Positions 9,084 to 19,235 are shown, counted from the first letter of the stretch. The stretch: 64,000 bases of DNA from Nibricoccus sp. (GCA_047602425.1 JASGHG010000001.1:3232001-3296000), one strand, 5' to 3'. The notes: generated by a model from the sequence alone, not told the origin. Translations and numbers: made by a program.

Positions 9084-12067
9084 ATAAATGGGTGGCGAGG
9101 GAGAGGGATTTTAAAAGTAACGACGGTGCCTCCGGACGCAGGGGAAAAAATTAAGCAGGAGCCACCGACCGCGTCCATGCGAGACCGCATGTTCGCCAGG
9201 CCATTGCCGGAGCCCACGCGGGGCGGAGATTCTGGTTTTTCGTCCGAGTTGAGACCGCGGCCGTTGTCGACAATAGCGATTTCAAGTTGATCGGTTTCGG
9301 CAACCAATTTTAAAGTTACTTCCGAGGCACGTGCATGCTTGGCGATGTTGTTGAATGCCTCCTTGCAACTCATAAAGACGTGGTGCCGATGCTGTGCGGG
9401 GACCATCAGGTTGGGCAGGATATCCGGAAGGAAAACGCGGCATCTAATACCGGCATCGGCGAGGAAATTTTGTGCGAAGTCACTGAGATAATTGGCGAGA
9501 TTTTCAAGGTCGTCGTTCTTCGGATTCACCGCCCAGACTATTTCGTCCATGGACGCGGTGAGCTCGCTGACCGTGTCGTAAATTCTGTCCAGTTGAACCG
9601 AGTTATCCGCGGTGCGGCTTGATTGCGTCAAGAGGCTGATGCGTGTTAGGCCAGCCCCGAGATCGTCGTGAATGTTTTTGGCGATACGGGCACGTTCCTG
9701 CTCAAGTGCGGAATCATGCTCAAGCTTGGCCAGCCGTGCTCTGAGTCGTTTGTGAGACCATGTGCGAATCGCGAACGCGATTGCCGCGACGCACATGGAC
9801 ACGATGACCACTTTGAACCAAAGTGTCTGCCACCAACTTGCCTGGACCACTACGACGAGCGTGTCGCTTACTCGGCTATCCTTCGTGCCAGCCAAGAGTG
9901 CGGAAACTTCAAATCTATATTTCCCCGGGGGAAGGCGTGAATATTTAACTACGTTGTTGGCGCTCGATATAGTCCAATCTTCGTCGATCCCGTGTAGTTT
10001 GTAGCATGTCCGGACGCGCTCGGGTGTGGAAAGGCAAAGCACTGAATACCCCAATTCCAAACTGCGAGCACCTGGTTTTATTTGGACGATCGAGGAAGTT
10101 CCGCCGGATCGGTCATCCACCCGAACAGCATTGATTTTTACCGTAAGTCGAGTGCGGCTCGATTTTGCGCGGTGGGGATTGATAGCGAGCACGCCCTGCC
10201 GTGTCGCGAACCAGATAAGTCCATCTTTGCTTCGCCAGACCGAGGGTTGATACAAACCTATACAAGTTGTTTCGGATACCCCCTCGTCTGGACCAATGAT
10301 GATTGGATAGATTTGCTGGATCTCTTTTTTTATATAGTCATGCAGATCGGTTATTTGAACATTAAAAATACCGTCTGGCGAACCAAGCCACATGACATTT
10401 TCGCCATCGCTGATGATTTGGGTGATATTATTTGTCGGTATCCCGCTTTTTGTATCAATCGTCTTGAATCCATTTTCGTCGAGTCTCAAGAGGCCACTGC
10501 GCTCAGTGCCAATCCAGCAGGTCCCACTAGCGTCGAAATGAATCGCTTGGATTGCTCCAACAGGATTGGGAGTGGAAAACGGCACCAGCGTGAAATGCTC
10601 ATTTTCGAGTTTGAAGACATTTGCGTTACTGCACCCCAGCCAAAGACGACCCTGTGGATCTTCGGCAATGGCGCCAATTTGCGATGAACCGAGACCGTGT
10701 TTGGAATCGAACAGAGTTAATTCACCGTCTTTGAAGCGGCCCAGCCGGCCCTGGCTTAAAGCGAGCCACAGGCTGCCGTCACGTGAGGTGAAAGAAACTC
10801 GCACGATATTGCCCGGTTCAAGATCAAGTTTGTGCTGAAGTTGGGTTCGGCTGGCGGCGAGCAATCCATGGGAACTCGTGGCGAAAACATTTCCGGACGC
10901 ATTTGGTGATACGGAGAGGATGCTGAAATTTTCCCAATTTTTTGGGCTTTCAGGAAAGGCCACCCGACCCACTTCATCGAGGTAAACTACGCCTCCATCT
11001 CGATTCGCGAACCACATTGTGCCTTGATTATCCTGACAAATGGACGGACTGAAATTTTCGACCAGCGTCGCAGCTTTATTAAGCAGTCGCGAGACCCCGG
11101 GTTTTATTCTCAACAAGCCGCCCCCGGTTGTGCCCGCCCAGACATTACTGGAGGTATCTTCAATAACAGCGGAAATGTCCCCTGGATTTTCCACTATATG
11201 CATCGTTTCTCCTCCCGGTGTGACGCGACGGAGACCCCGGAACCGTGTACCGAGCCATAGTTCTCCCGCCGCATCTTCCCATATAGCCTGAATATAATGT
11301 GCGCTCGTGTACTTGTTGGTCTTGGCAATTTCCATCGGAATATTGCCGACCACCTTGAAAAGTCTTTCGTCTGAAAAAATCCAAGGCCCGTCCTGACGCG
11401 CTGACGCGATGGCGAGGTGCTCCTTCTCGTTGCGTACGGGTACTTTGACCAATGCGCCGTTTTCGTAACGGGCCAATTGATTGCCATTCGTCAGCCAAAC
11501 CCGTCCGGTGCCATCCTGGACGATCTGCGTTTTGTTAGTGGAATTGGCTGCGGGACCTAGTTCGAAAATTTGTTCGTGCGATGATTCCTGCCTGATGGCG
11601 GCACCGCCTAGGAAGCCGATCCAGAGTGCGCCGTCGTTCGCTCGTAATATACAAGTTACTGAACGTTGGCTATATCTAGACGGTAGTGGACAATTTATAA
11701 ATATTCCGTCCTTTAAGCGAAGTAGCCCCCCGGCATTTGGCGCGAGCAATAGGGAATTGTCGCTGTCCACGGCAATATATCCGTACCCAGGGGGAGACCT
11801 AAAATCATTGGGCTGAGGCTCGAATGAAATGAATTTTGAGCCATCGAAACGCGAGAGCGTGGCTGAAGTTGCGACCCACAGATAACCGGTCTTGTCCAAG
11901 CATAGTCCAGTGACGTCATTGCTCGGCAGTCCATCGCTTTGGCGCCAGGTTCGAATCGTATATTTGGGAATTGCCGGAATGGCCTGGGCGCAAAAAGACG
12001 ACGAAAAAACTAATATCAAGAGCCAACAGATCGCGCGGATATGAAAAAATCGTGGAATAGCTACCAT
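9080..12067 (-). CDS. Sensor histidine kinase with periplasmic beta-propeller and Y_Y_Y domain, HisKA_3 type
   Basis: Repeated D..G.LW.GT propeller motifs, YSRLPPGKYRFEV (Y_Y_Y), a TM helix, ERARIAKNIHDDLG, NNIAKHA, DNGRG and GNGLANM. Overlaps the regulator by 4 nt. Start uncertain (12067-12103). Confidence 0.93.
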   Translation of the reverse strand: MVAIPRFFHIRAICWLLILVFSSSFCAQAIPAIPKYTIRTWRQSDGLPSNDVTGLCLDKTGYLWVATSATLSRFDGSKFISFEPQPNDFRSPPGYGYIAVDSDNSLLLAPNAGGLLRLKDGIFINCPLPSRYSQRSVTCILRANDGALWIGFLGGAAIRQESSHEQIFELGPAANSTNKTQIVQDGTGRVWLTNGNQLARYENGALVKVPVRNEKEHLAIASARQDGPWIFSDERLFKVVGNIPMEIAKTNKYTSAHYIQAIWEDAAGELWLGTRFRGLRRVTPGGETMHIVENPGDISAVIEDTSSNVWAGTTGGGLLRIKPGVSRLLNKAATLVENFSPSICQDNQGTMWFANRDGGVVYLDEVGRVAFPESPKNWENFSILSVSPNASGNVFATSSHGLLAASRTQLQHKLDLEPGNIVRVSFTSRDGSLWLALSQGRLGRFKDGELTLFDSKHGLGSSQIGAIAEDPQGRLWLGCSNANVFKLENEHFTLVPFSTPNPVGAIQAIHFDASGTCWIGTERSGLLRLDENGFKTIDTKSGIPTNNITQIISDGENVMWLGSPDGIFNVQITDLHDYIKKEIQQIYPIIIGPDEGVSETTCIGLYQPSVWRSKDGLIWFATRQGVLAINPHRAKSSRTRLTVKINAVRVDDRSGGTSSIVQIKPGARSLELGYSVLCLSTPERVRTCYKLHGIDEDWTISSANNVVKYSRLPPGKYRFEVSALLAGTKDSRVSDTLVVVVQASWWQTLWFKVVIVSMCVAAIAFAIRTWSHKRLRARLAKLEHDSALEQERARIAKNIHDDLGAGLTRISLLTQSSRTADNSVQLDRIYDTVSELTASMDEIVWAVNPKNDDLENLANYLSDFAQNFLADAGIRCRVFLPDILPNLMVPAQHRHHVFMSCKEAFNNIAKHARASEVTLKLVAETDQLEIAIVDNGRGLNSDEKPESPPRVGSGNGLANMRSRMDAVGGSCLIFSPASGGTVVTFKIPLPRHPFI

Positions 12068-12488
12068 CGTGCAAAATCTCTCACCGAATATTGGCATCCT
12101 CAAGAAGCAACATCAGTACAGCTTAAACCGGACACGTGTAGTTTAAAAGCGTCAGGGTGTCCCGTGTTTCCGGTACAAGACATACCTAAGGGCTTTTGGT
12201 AGACTGCTAATACTTAGCCGGACCCACCCGGGTATAAGCCCCTATAGCATTAGCTCTCCTCTTCGTTCCCGCCCGCCAGATACCCTCCTTATTTATTGGT
12301 AGATCCACGAGTCAACGGCTCGTGTCCGGCTAAATAAGGGTCGCCGATTCAGTCTTCTTTCGAAGACGGTTCGGAATTAGTTGTTTATATTCATGGGTGC
12401 CCTTTGCGCACACTTTCTATAACTCGGGTTTATGGTGGCTGCGAGGCGATTTGTGGAGCGGATGCGTACCGACCTAAACGTTACCACC

Positions 12489-15400
12489 ATGCCAACACAA
12501 AACCGTAGACCACAAAATAATATAAGTAGTATCCAGTATGCACTCCTGCCGTTCCGAAAACTGAAGCGTGCGCTTCAGCCCGGTATTATTGCATTCTTAG
12601 TTTCAACGGCGCTCGCGCAGGAACCTGCGGGCGTTGGCACCATTGAGGGCCGCGTCCTCAATGGACTGAACGGCCAATACCTCAACAATGCTCGCGTTTA
12701 CGTGGATAAGACGTCATACGAAACTTATACCAACGATTCCGGCGAATATGTTTTAAAGGATATTCCCGCAGGCGAAATAATTCTGAATGTTAGCTACACC
12801 GGCCAGGCAGTGCTTAGCAAAACGATTACGTTGCTCCCGGGAGAAACGCTTACGAAGTATTTTACTTTCAATTCCCCAGTTAGTGAAAAAAATGAAGAAG
12901 CGGCGCTGGTTCTGGATCCTTATCTCGTAGAACAAAAGCGCATGAAGACAGCGCGAGAGCGGGCAATTCAAGACGAGCGAGCTTCGACCAATATAAAAAC
13001 CGTCGTGGCCACGGATGCGATGGGTTATAATCCCGATGGTAACGTCGGCGAATTTGTTCGGTATCTTGCGGGTGTCGACGTATCGGAAGGCGGAACCTAC
13101 AACAATCCTAACACGATTACCGGTGTCAGCGTGCGTGGGTTTGGCGCTGATTCGACGGCGATATTGGTCGATGGCATGCCGCTGGCCAGCGCCCCGGGTG
13201 CCGGACTAACACGCGCGACCCAGATTGACATGGTCTCGATCAACAATGCCGACCGCATTGAGGTGATCAAGGTTGCTACTCCCGACATGCGACAGGATTC
13301 TCCCGGCGGTGCGATCAACCTAATTCCTCGCGGTGCATTCGATTTGGCGAAAGCAACGTTTACGTTTTCCGCAGCATTGAACGGCCAGAGCAACACACTT
13401 GGATTTCAGAAACGAACCGGGCCTTTTAAGAACGAAGGATCATATTCGACTTTGCCGAGTCTCCGCGCGAGTGCGGCAGTGCCGGTGTCGAAGACGTTCG
13501 GTTTCACGATATCCGCTGCCTCGGATAATCGAACGACCGACACACAGATTTCGCGGCCGACTTGGATTTATCGGTCGATAGCGCCAGCAGTACGAAACGC
13601 CAACGGCATCGCCAGACTGGATAACCCAATCCCGTCGCGCTTCAGAATTGGCGCAAATAATTGGTTGGAATTCCGTCAATCGGGCAATCTGAGTATGGAT
13701 TGGAGACCGTTCAAAGGACTTACCCTCAAGGCCAATGGCCAATTTGGCCGGACCTCGACCTATTCGGCCGATCGCACGGCGGATTTTAGTTTTGCGAACA
13801 ATGCCACGATCGACGACTGGGGTATAGACGGTTCTTATACGATTGGCCGCGCTGGCCGCCTTCAGCAAAACATTGTTACCCGTGATAAAAGCGGTTTCAC
13901 GAATTCTGGTTACGTGAAAGCCGACTATAGTTTCGGTGGATGGGCTATCGGTGCCAGAGCCTCGGCCTCGGAATCGTACGGGGCATATGATGACGTTCAG
14001 AACGGGCACTTTTCGGGCATGGATTCCAATAACCTGAACGCTGCTTACCTCATCTTTGAAGGCATAAAAAATGGCCGGCCTGGAAAAATCAGCATGTGGG
14101 ATTCGGTGGGTCGTGAAATCAATTATTCCTCGTTCGAAGCCTGGGGTAACAATAATCGCAACCTGAAAGTGTTGTCTGGGGAAGGCTACAGTCGTGACCT
14201 TATGAAGCAATACAACCTCGATGTCACGCGGCAGCTGGATTTTCTACCGTTTAGATCGTCGATTAAAGTCGGTGTATACCGCGGAGAAAAGGGCACGCAT
14301 AAATGGGGGCGTGGTGTAAATTACTCATACCAGTATACTGGACCAGCACTCGCCGCCAGCCAGATATCCTCGGATTTCAGCACACCTGCGGTAAACGGTT
14401 TTAAGGATCGTCAGTATTGGGAGGATACTTACAAGATATACGATATTTATAAGGCTCATCCCGAATATTTTGACGAAAATTACGTTGATCCAGCATCCAC
14501 CACAAATTACCAGGCAAACAATTATAACAACAGGATTGGACAAACCAAAGGCGTCACCGAAATTTCGGACGAGTGGTATCTCCGCCTCGACGGCAAGTTT
14601 TTTAGCGGGCGCCTGGACGTAATCACCGGTTTTCGTGAATCCAGAAGAAGTATTTCGGGCTACAACATATTCCGAGATGCCAAATATGCCTACGTTAAGC
14701 TTCCCAATGGAGCCGTTTATCGCGATCCAGTGGGCGGAATTTACACAAACGGAGTAAAATTCGATGGCGGCTCCTATACAGGATCGACTGCAAATACAGA
14801 TCCAACGTCGCCATATTTCGGCCGTCACGACAATGTCCTGCGCGATACGGCATTGATCGCTCGCATGCGGGCCGCGGGGGTGGTTGATATTCCAGATCAC
14901 CTGGCACTCGCGCCCAATCGTACTGCTGGTAATCGGGATAACAATCTAGAGCTCGCGATGCTGAATAACACAACCCGCGCAGTGGACAAAAAATCAAAAA
15001 ATCCTGGCACACCGCAGCTGCAGCTGGCTTACAAGGTGACGGACGAACTCAAAGTTCAGGCTTCGTGGAGCCGCGAAACACGTTTGCCGGATCTTGAAGG
15101 TGGCACGGGCGCCATTCTCAATGATGGCGCAAATTTCACATTCGACGAACGGGATCCCTCTGACATTTTATATAATACTCTCGGCGGTCAGGGAACGGCA
15201 AAAATTTCCAACGTTAAAAATCAACCGGAAATCACGAACTCATATAATTTTAGGGCTTCATATTATGGTAAGTACACGACACTCGGTCTGACATATTATC
15301 TGAAAATGACCCCCAAGCAGTGGGTGGATGAAAATATTTTACCGGGAGACCCCGATTACGACGACCTCATGAATTCGATCGGGCTGGATCCCAGATATTA

Positions 15401-15968
15401 CAACAATGTGACTATCTCAACCTCCACGGCGACCGGGGAGAAGGGAAAACGGCAAGGCTATGAAGTCGAACTCGAGCAGAACTTCGGATTTCTCGGCATG
15501 ATCGGGTCCCAGATCGATGCTTCCGTTTCCTATAACTACCGTGCCGTGACAGCGAATTCCTTGAGCAACTCCAGCGTTTTGGGATGGAGTCGCCAAAACC
15601 CGGTGCGTCCCGTATGGCAGGGCAGGGTTTCCTACAGCGCCCGTCGCTTTAGCATCATGGCAAAATGGAAATATACACAACCTGGCAGGACTGGCATTAC
15701 TTCGACCGCCGTCACCCTTCCTGATGGAACAAATGCCAACGTGATGTTCTACACGCCAAACAACAATCAGGCAAAGGTTGGTCTGCAATTCAACTATACC
15801 ATCGATCGGCACTTTAGATACTTTATATCATTGGATAACATATTTGACGATGTTGCATACAGCCGAAAGTTGGATTCCGAAACCGGCTTGTTGCCACATT
15901 ATGCACAGTTCACACAAGCGCAGGAACGTGGGAGGCTGATCGCTACCGGTATAACCGCTACCTTCTAA
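12489..15968 (+). CDS. TonB-dependent receptor with N-terminal carboxypeptidase-regulatory-like domain
   Basis: Signal peptide, GTIEGRV...TNDSGEY.L..IPAG domain, plug motifs (VSVRG, ILVDG, RIEVIK, GGAINL), C-terminal Phe. Start 12432 or 12489. Confidence 0.9.
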   Translation: MPTQNRRPQNNISSIQYALLPFRKLKRALQPGIIAFLVSTALAQEPAGVGTIEGRVLNGLNGQYLNNARVYVDKTSYETYTNDSGEYVLKDIPAGEIILNVSYTGQAVLSKTITLLPGETLTKYFTFNSPVSEKNEEAALVLDPYLVEQKRMKTARERAIQDERASTNIKTVVATDAMGYNPDGNVGEFVRYLAGVDVSEGGTYNNPNTITGVSVRGFGADSTAILVDGMPLASAPGAGLTRATQIDMVSINNADRIEVIKVATPDMRQDSPGGAINLIPRGAFDLAKATFTFSAALNGQSNTLGFQKRTGPFKNEGSYSTLPSLRASAAVPVSKTFGFTISAASDNRTTDTQISRPTWIYRSIAPAVRNANGIARLDNPIPSRFRIGANNWLEFRQSGNLSMDWRPFKGLTLKANGQFGRTSTYSADRTADFSFANNATIDDWGIDGSYTIGRAGRLQQNIVTRDKSGFTNSGYVKADYSFGGWAIGARASASESYGAYDDVQNGHFSGMDSNNLNAAYLIFEGIKNGRPGKISMWDSVGREINYSSFEAWGNNNRNLKVLSGEGYSRDLMKQYNLDVTRQLDFLPFRSSIKVGVYRGEKGTHKWGRGVNYSYQYTGPALAASQISSDFSTPAVNGFKDRQYWEDTYKIYDIYKAHPEYFDENYVDPASTTNYQANNYNNRIGQTKGVTEISDEWYLRLDGKFFSGRLDVITGFRESRRSISGYNIFRDAKYAYVKLPNGAVYRDPVGGIYTNGVKFDGGSYTGSTANTDPTSPYFGRHDNVLRDTALIARMRAAGVVDIPDHLALAPNRTAGNRDNNLELAMLNNTTRAVDKKSKNPGTPQLQLAYKVTDELKVQASWSRETRLPDLEGGTGAILNDGANFTFDERDPSDILYNTLGGQGTAKISNVKNQPEITNSYNFRASYYGKYTTLGLTYYLKMTPKQWVDENILPGDPDYDDLMNSIGLDPRYYNNVTISTSTATGEKGKRQGYEVELEQNFGFLGMIGSQIDASVSYNYRAVTANSLSNSSVLGWSRQNPVRPVWQGRVSYSARRFSIMAKWKYTQPGRTGITSTAVTLPDGTNANVMFYTPNNNQAKVGLQFNYTIDRHFRYFISLDNIFDDVAYSRKLDSETGLLPHYAQFTQAQERGRLIATGITATF

Positions 15969-16068
15969 AGATCGGAAACGGAAAGCCCAGCTTCAGCCGA
16001 AGCCAGTACATTCCACGGCTGAGTGAGCGAAAGTTTTTGGTGCAGGTTAGATAGTAGGGCTTAGGACT

Positions 16069-16102
16069 GCGGAGAACGCCCCTCCATGGCGTTCTCCGCT
16101 TT
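16069..16102 (+). terminator. Rho-independent terminator after the TonB receptor
   Basis: Perfect 12-bp stem GCGGAGAACGCC / GGCGTTCTCCGC, 7-nt loop, then TTT. Confidence 0.65.
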
Positions 16103-16337
16103 CGATAATTTGTTGTGATATGACTTAGCTGGATGCTTCGGCTTGATTGGAGGAGCAGCTTTTCGCCGCAATGAAAGGGAAAATCGCGGTATAAAATCGC
16201 ACCTCCTGTTCGGTTAAAAATTTAGGGGATTTGCCCTGGGATTTTCTATGCGTCTCGGAATTCTCCAAAGTGCTTTGCGGCCAGAAGCTGGGTTGCTGCC
16301 AGCTTCAACGAACTGAGTACTTCAAAATGCGCCGCAT

Positions 16338-17171
16338 TTAATGTATCGGCCTTTTCTGTATACATCGTATTCCATCTCGAGATATTGGCCTCCAGGCTTT
16401 TGAGCGCTGCCTTTTGCCTGGCGGCGTCCAGTCTGCTGGTATCGACAGCGTCGTATTCCGTTGGCTCCGCTTTTTGAGCGCGCGAAATACAGGCATATGA
16501 CTTTTCAACCCGAGTTCGGCTTGGACCTGCCGGCAGGAAATTTTCCCATCGATCACGGCATTTTCATAACTCGGAAAAGCGGCGAAAACGCGGCAGACGA
16601 AATTGACCGGGAGCTCGGTGGAGCGCCAGCCAGCGGCTTGATCGGCGATATTTAGCCAGGTAGCAAATGTGTCAGTATAGGGAATGACGTAGGTCGCGAT
16701 CCGAGCTGCGCCAGCATTCCGCGCTGAAATGAATTGGGCTCGTCCAGAAAGGATTTTGAAACGCCCGTGTTTCAGGCGCACCAAATCGATTGGCTCGAAG
16801 TTGCCAGCCATCGATTCTTTTTTTGCGAAAGGTAAACGGTGGCTAGTGGTTGTGGATGGTGGTAGATAAAAACTGTGATCTATATCCACGCTTTCAACTG
16901 GAACGCTTTGTAGGTATAGTATGGTTGCAGCACGGCTACTCGTTTTCCAAAATGTTATAAACTGGGACAATTCGACGCGATAAAGCCGTTCTTTATCTTC
17001 AGCTTTAGCTGATATGCATATGCCTTTTGTTCGAAGGAACTCCTGCACCTCGCTGGCAAGGATTCCGGTCCAAGCGACCAATTGGCTATTTGTGACGAGC
17101 CAGGGTATCGGTTGCCCAAGAGATAGTGGAACTGCATCTACGCAGTGTAACGATGTGTCAGCGGACGACAT
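16338..17171 (-). CDS. Hypothetical protein with degenerate ParB/Srx-like domain and putative HTH motifs
   Basis: GNFEPIDLVRLKHGRFKILSGRAQFISARNAG..RIATYV resembles the ParB-N core, and SCRQVQAELGLKS resembles an HTH. Start 17171 inferred, because the longer ORF overlaps the next gene. Confidence 0.5.
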   Translation of the reverse strand: MSSADTSLHCVDAVPLSLGQPIPWLVTNSQLVAWTGILASEVQEFLRTKGICISAKAEDKERLYRVELSQFITFWKTSSRAATILYLQSVPVESVDIDHSFYLPPSTTTSHRLPFAKKESMAGNFEPIDLVRLKHGRFKILSGRAQFISARNAGAARIATYVIPYTDTFATWLNIADQAAGWRSTELPVNFVCRVFAAFPSYENAVIDGKISCRQVQAELGLKSHMPVFRALKKRSQRNTTLSIPADWTPPGKRQRSKAWRPISRDGIRCIQKRPIH

Positions 17172-17463
17172 GGTCTGGCAGGGGATTTTGAGCCCTACGT
17201 TCTTTTCGTTTGGATGGTTCCCCTCAGGAAAATAGATCTTGGAGAATGGATGATTCACTGGACGCGTCCAAACCATGCGGTTTGTTGCGAGAAGGTAACA
17301 AAACTTGATGACTACGTCTTGTAGCGGAAACACGGGATGACGCCGAAGGAAGCGAATCACTCCATCGCAGATGAGGTCTCGTTGTTGCCGTCTGGGACGG
17401 GGCCCGCTGCAAGACGTGATGCCGGGCTTGCACTGGGATTGGTCGGCGGCAAGGTGGTTCCTT

Positions 17464-18141
17464 GTGAAAGCCGCCGAATTTTTCCAACTCCCAGCATCTC
17501 TACAGCCTTTTGCTTCGTTTTTCTCGCCCGAGGTTGCTCCTTGGGAATGGTTGAAGACGATCGGCACGGCGCTCAAAGCCCAAGATTTTTCGGGCGGGCA
17601 GGCTATTCCGCCCGGTGTGTACGCGGAAGGCCAAGTCTACGTTCATCCGTCAGCGCAATTGCCGCACACCGCGACATTGATCGGCCCGGTTTGGGTGGGA
17701 CCGGGCACGAAGTTACTGCCGGGCTGTTTTCTGCGCGGCAATGTCATTGTCGGTGCCAACTGCACCATAGGGCACAATGCCGAGCTAAAAAACTCGCTGT
17801 TGATGGACAACGTGCAAGTGCCGCACAGGCCTTATATCGGCGATTCGATTTTAGGTAACGGCGCACATCTCGGGGCAGGCGTGGTGCTCTCGAACCTGCG
17901 TCTCGACCAGAAACCAATCAGTGTGCGTTTGCCTTCGGGTGTGGTCGATACCGGCTTGCGAAAATTTGGGGCGATCCTCGGTGACAAAGCTGAAGTCGGT
18001 TGCAATGCCGTGCTCAACCCCGGCGCGGTGCTCGGACCGCGTGCGCTAGTGACGCCGACGGTGGTGCTGAGCGGTTATGTGCCGCCGGCCACGATTGCCC
18101 ACGTGAGGACGACTGTGCATTTCGTGCCGCGGAGGGACTGA
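17464..18141 (+). CDS. Stand-alone left-handed beta-helix acetyltransferase, similar to the archaeal-type GlmU C-terminal domain
   Basis: Hexapeptide repeats, PH.PYIGDSILG, SNLRLD and DTGLRKFGAILGD...GCNAVLNPG. GTG start 17464 inferred. Confidence 0.82.
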   Translation: MKAAEFFQLPASLQPFASFFSPEVAPWEWLKTIGTALKAQDFSGGQAIPPGVYAEGQVYVHPSAQLPHTATLIGPVWVGPGTKLLPGCFLRGNVIVGANCTIGHNAELKNSLLMDNVQVPHRPYIGDSILGNGAHLGAGVVLSNLRLDQKPISVRLPSGVVDTGLRKFGAILGDKAEVGCNAVLNPGAVLGPRALVTPTVVLSGYVPPATIAHVRTTVHFVPRRD

Positions 18142-18163
18142 TAGTCATTTCTGCATTTTTCTC

Positions 18164-18193
18164 CTGACTTCTGGCTTCTGACTTCTGAATTCT
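18164..18193. repeat. Heptamer tandem repeat, 4 copies
   Basis: CTGACTT CTGGCTT CTGACTT CTGAATT CT, directly upstream of trpS. Confidence 0.75.
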
Positions 18194-18199
18194 ATTCTC

Positions 18200-19165
18200 A
18201 TGCGCATTCTTTCTGGCATCCAACCTTCGGGCACCCTGCACATCGGCAATTATTTTGGCATGATGCGGCCGGCCATTGAACTGCAGGACCGCGGCGACGC
18301 TTTCTATTTCATTGCGGACTATCATTCGATGACGTCGCTGACGGACGCGGAGCAGCGGCGCAAGAACACGCTCGATGTCGCCCTCGATTTTCTCGCATGC
18401 GGACTCGATCCAAAGAAAAGCGTTTTTTACCGCCAGAGCGATTTGCCGGAAGTCTGTGAACTGATGTGGATTCTCGGCACGCTCACGCCCATGGGCCTGC
18501 TCGAACGGGCACACAGCTACAAAGATAAAACCGCCAAGGGGATTTCGCCCAACTTCGGACTCTTCGCCTATCCGGTGCTGATGGCCGCGGATATTTTGAT
18601 GTACGACTCTAACCTTGTGCCAGTAGGCAAGGATCAGAAACAGCACGTCGAAATGACGCGCGATATCGCGATCAAATTCAACCAGACCTATGGCGAAACC
18701 TTTGTGATTCCCGAGCCTGAAATTCGCGCCGAAGTTGCTACCGTTCCCGGTCTCGATGGTCAGAAAATGAGCAAGAGTTACGGCAACACGGTCGAGATTT
18801 TCGGTGACGAAAAAGCGATTCGCAAAAAAATCATGGGCATCAAAATGGATTCGCGCACACCGGCCGAACCGAAGCCCGACGCCGATCAGAATCTCGCGAT
18901 TCAATTGCTCAAGCTCGTGGCGCCGACCGATGTCTCGAAAGACTTTGAGGATCGTCTGCGTGCGGGCGGACTCGGTTATGGCGATTTGAAGAAGGCGTTG
19001 TTCGAGCACTACTGGAATTATTTTGCGCCCTTCCGGGCGAAACGCGCCGAACTCGCGGCGAACCTCGATTATGTGAACCAAGTGCTGGCCGACGGGGCGC
19101 AACGCGCCCGCGTGGTTGGTGGCGCGGTGCTGCAACGTGCGCGCAAGGCCAGCGGACTCGCATAA
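18200..19165 (+). CDS. trpS: Tryptophan--tRNA ligase
   Basis: SGIQPSG.LHIGNY, YPVLMAADI, VPVGKDQKQH and KMSKS. Confidence 0.97.
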   Translation: MRILSGIQPSGTLHIGNYFGMMRPAIELQDRGDAFYFIADYHSMTSLTDAEQRRKNTLDVALDFLACGLDPKKSVFYRQSDLPEVCELMWILGTLTPMGLLERAHSYKDKTAKGISPNFGLFAYPVLMAADILMYDSNLVPVGKDQKQHVEMTRDIAIKFNQTYGETFVIPEPEIRAEVATVPGLDGQKMSKSYGNTVEIFGDEKAIRKKIMGIKMDSRTPAEPKPDADQNLAIQLLKLVAPTDVSKDFEDRLRAGGLGYGDLKKALFEHYWNYFAPFRAKRAELAANLDYVNQVLADGAQRARVVGGAVLQRARKASGLA

Positions 19166-19235
19166 ACGTCGTCGACTGGCTGGCCGGCGCGAGGTTGAGG
19201 CGTGCAATTGATCCGAACTTCGGTAAATTGACGCC

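Noticed and set aside
8436..17228. CCTGAGG/CCTCAGG as terminal inverted repeats of the AT-richer island
   Set aside because: Only 7 bp match, which is expected by chance; no transposase or target duplication.
17172..17576. N-terminal extension of the 412-aa minus-strand ORF
   Set aside because: It overlaps the divergent acetyltransferase gene and looks non-coding; ATG 17171 is the more plausible start.
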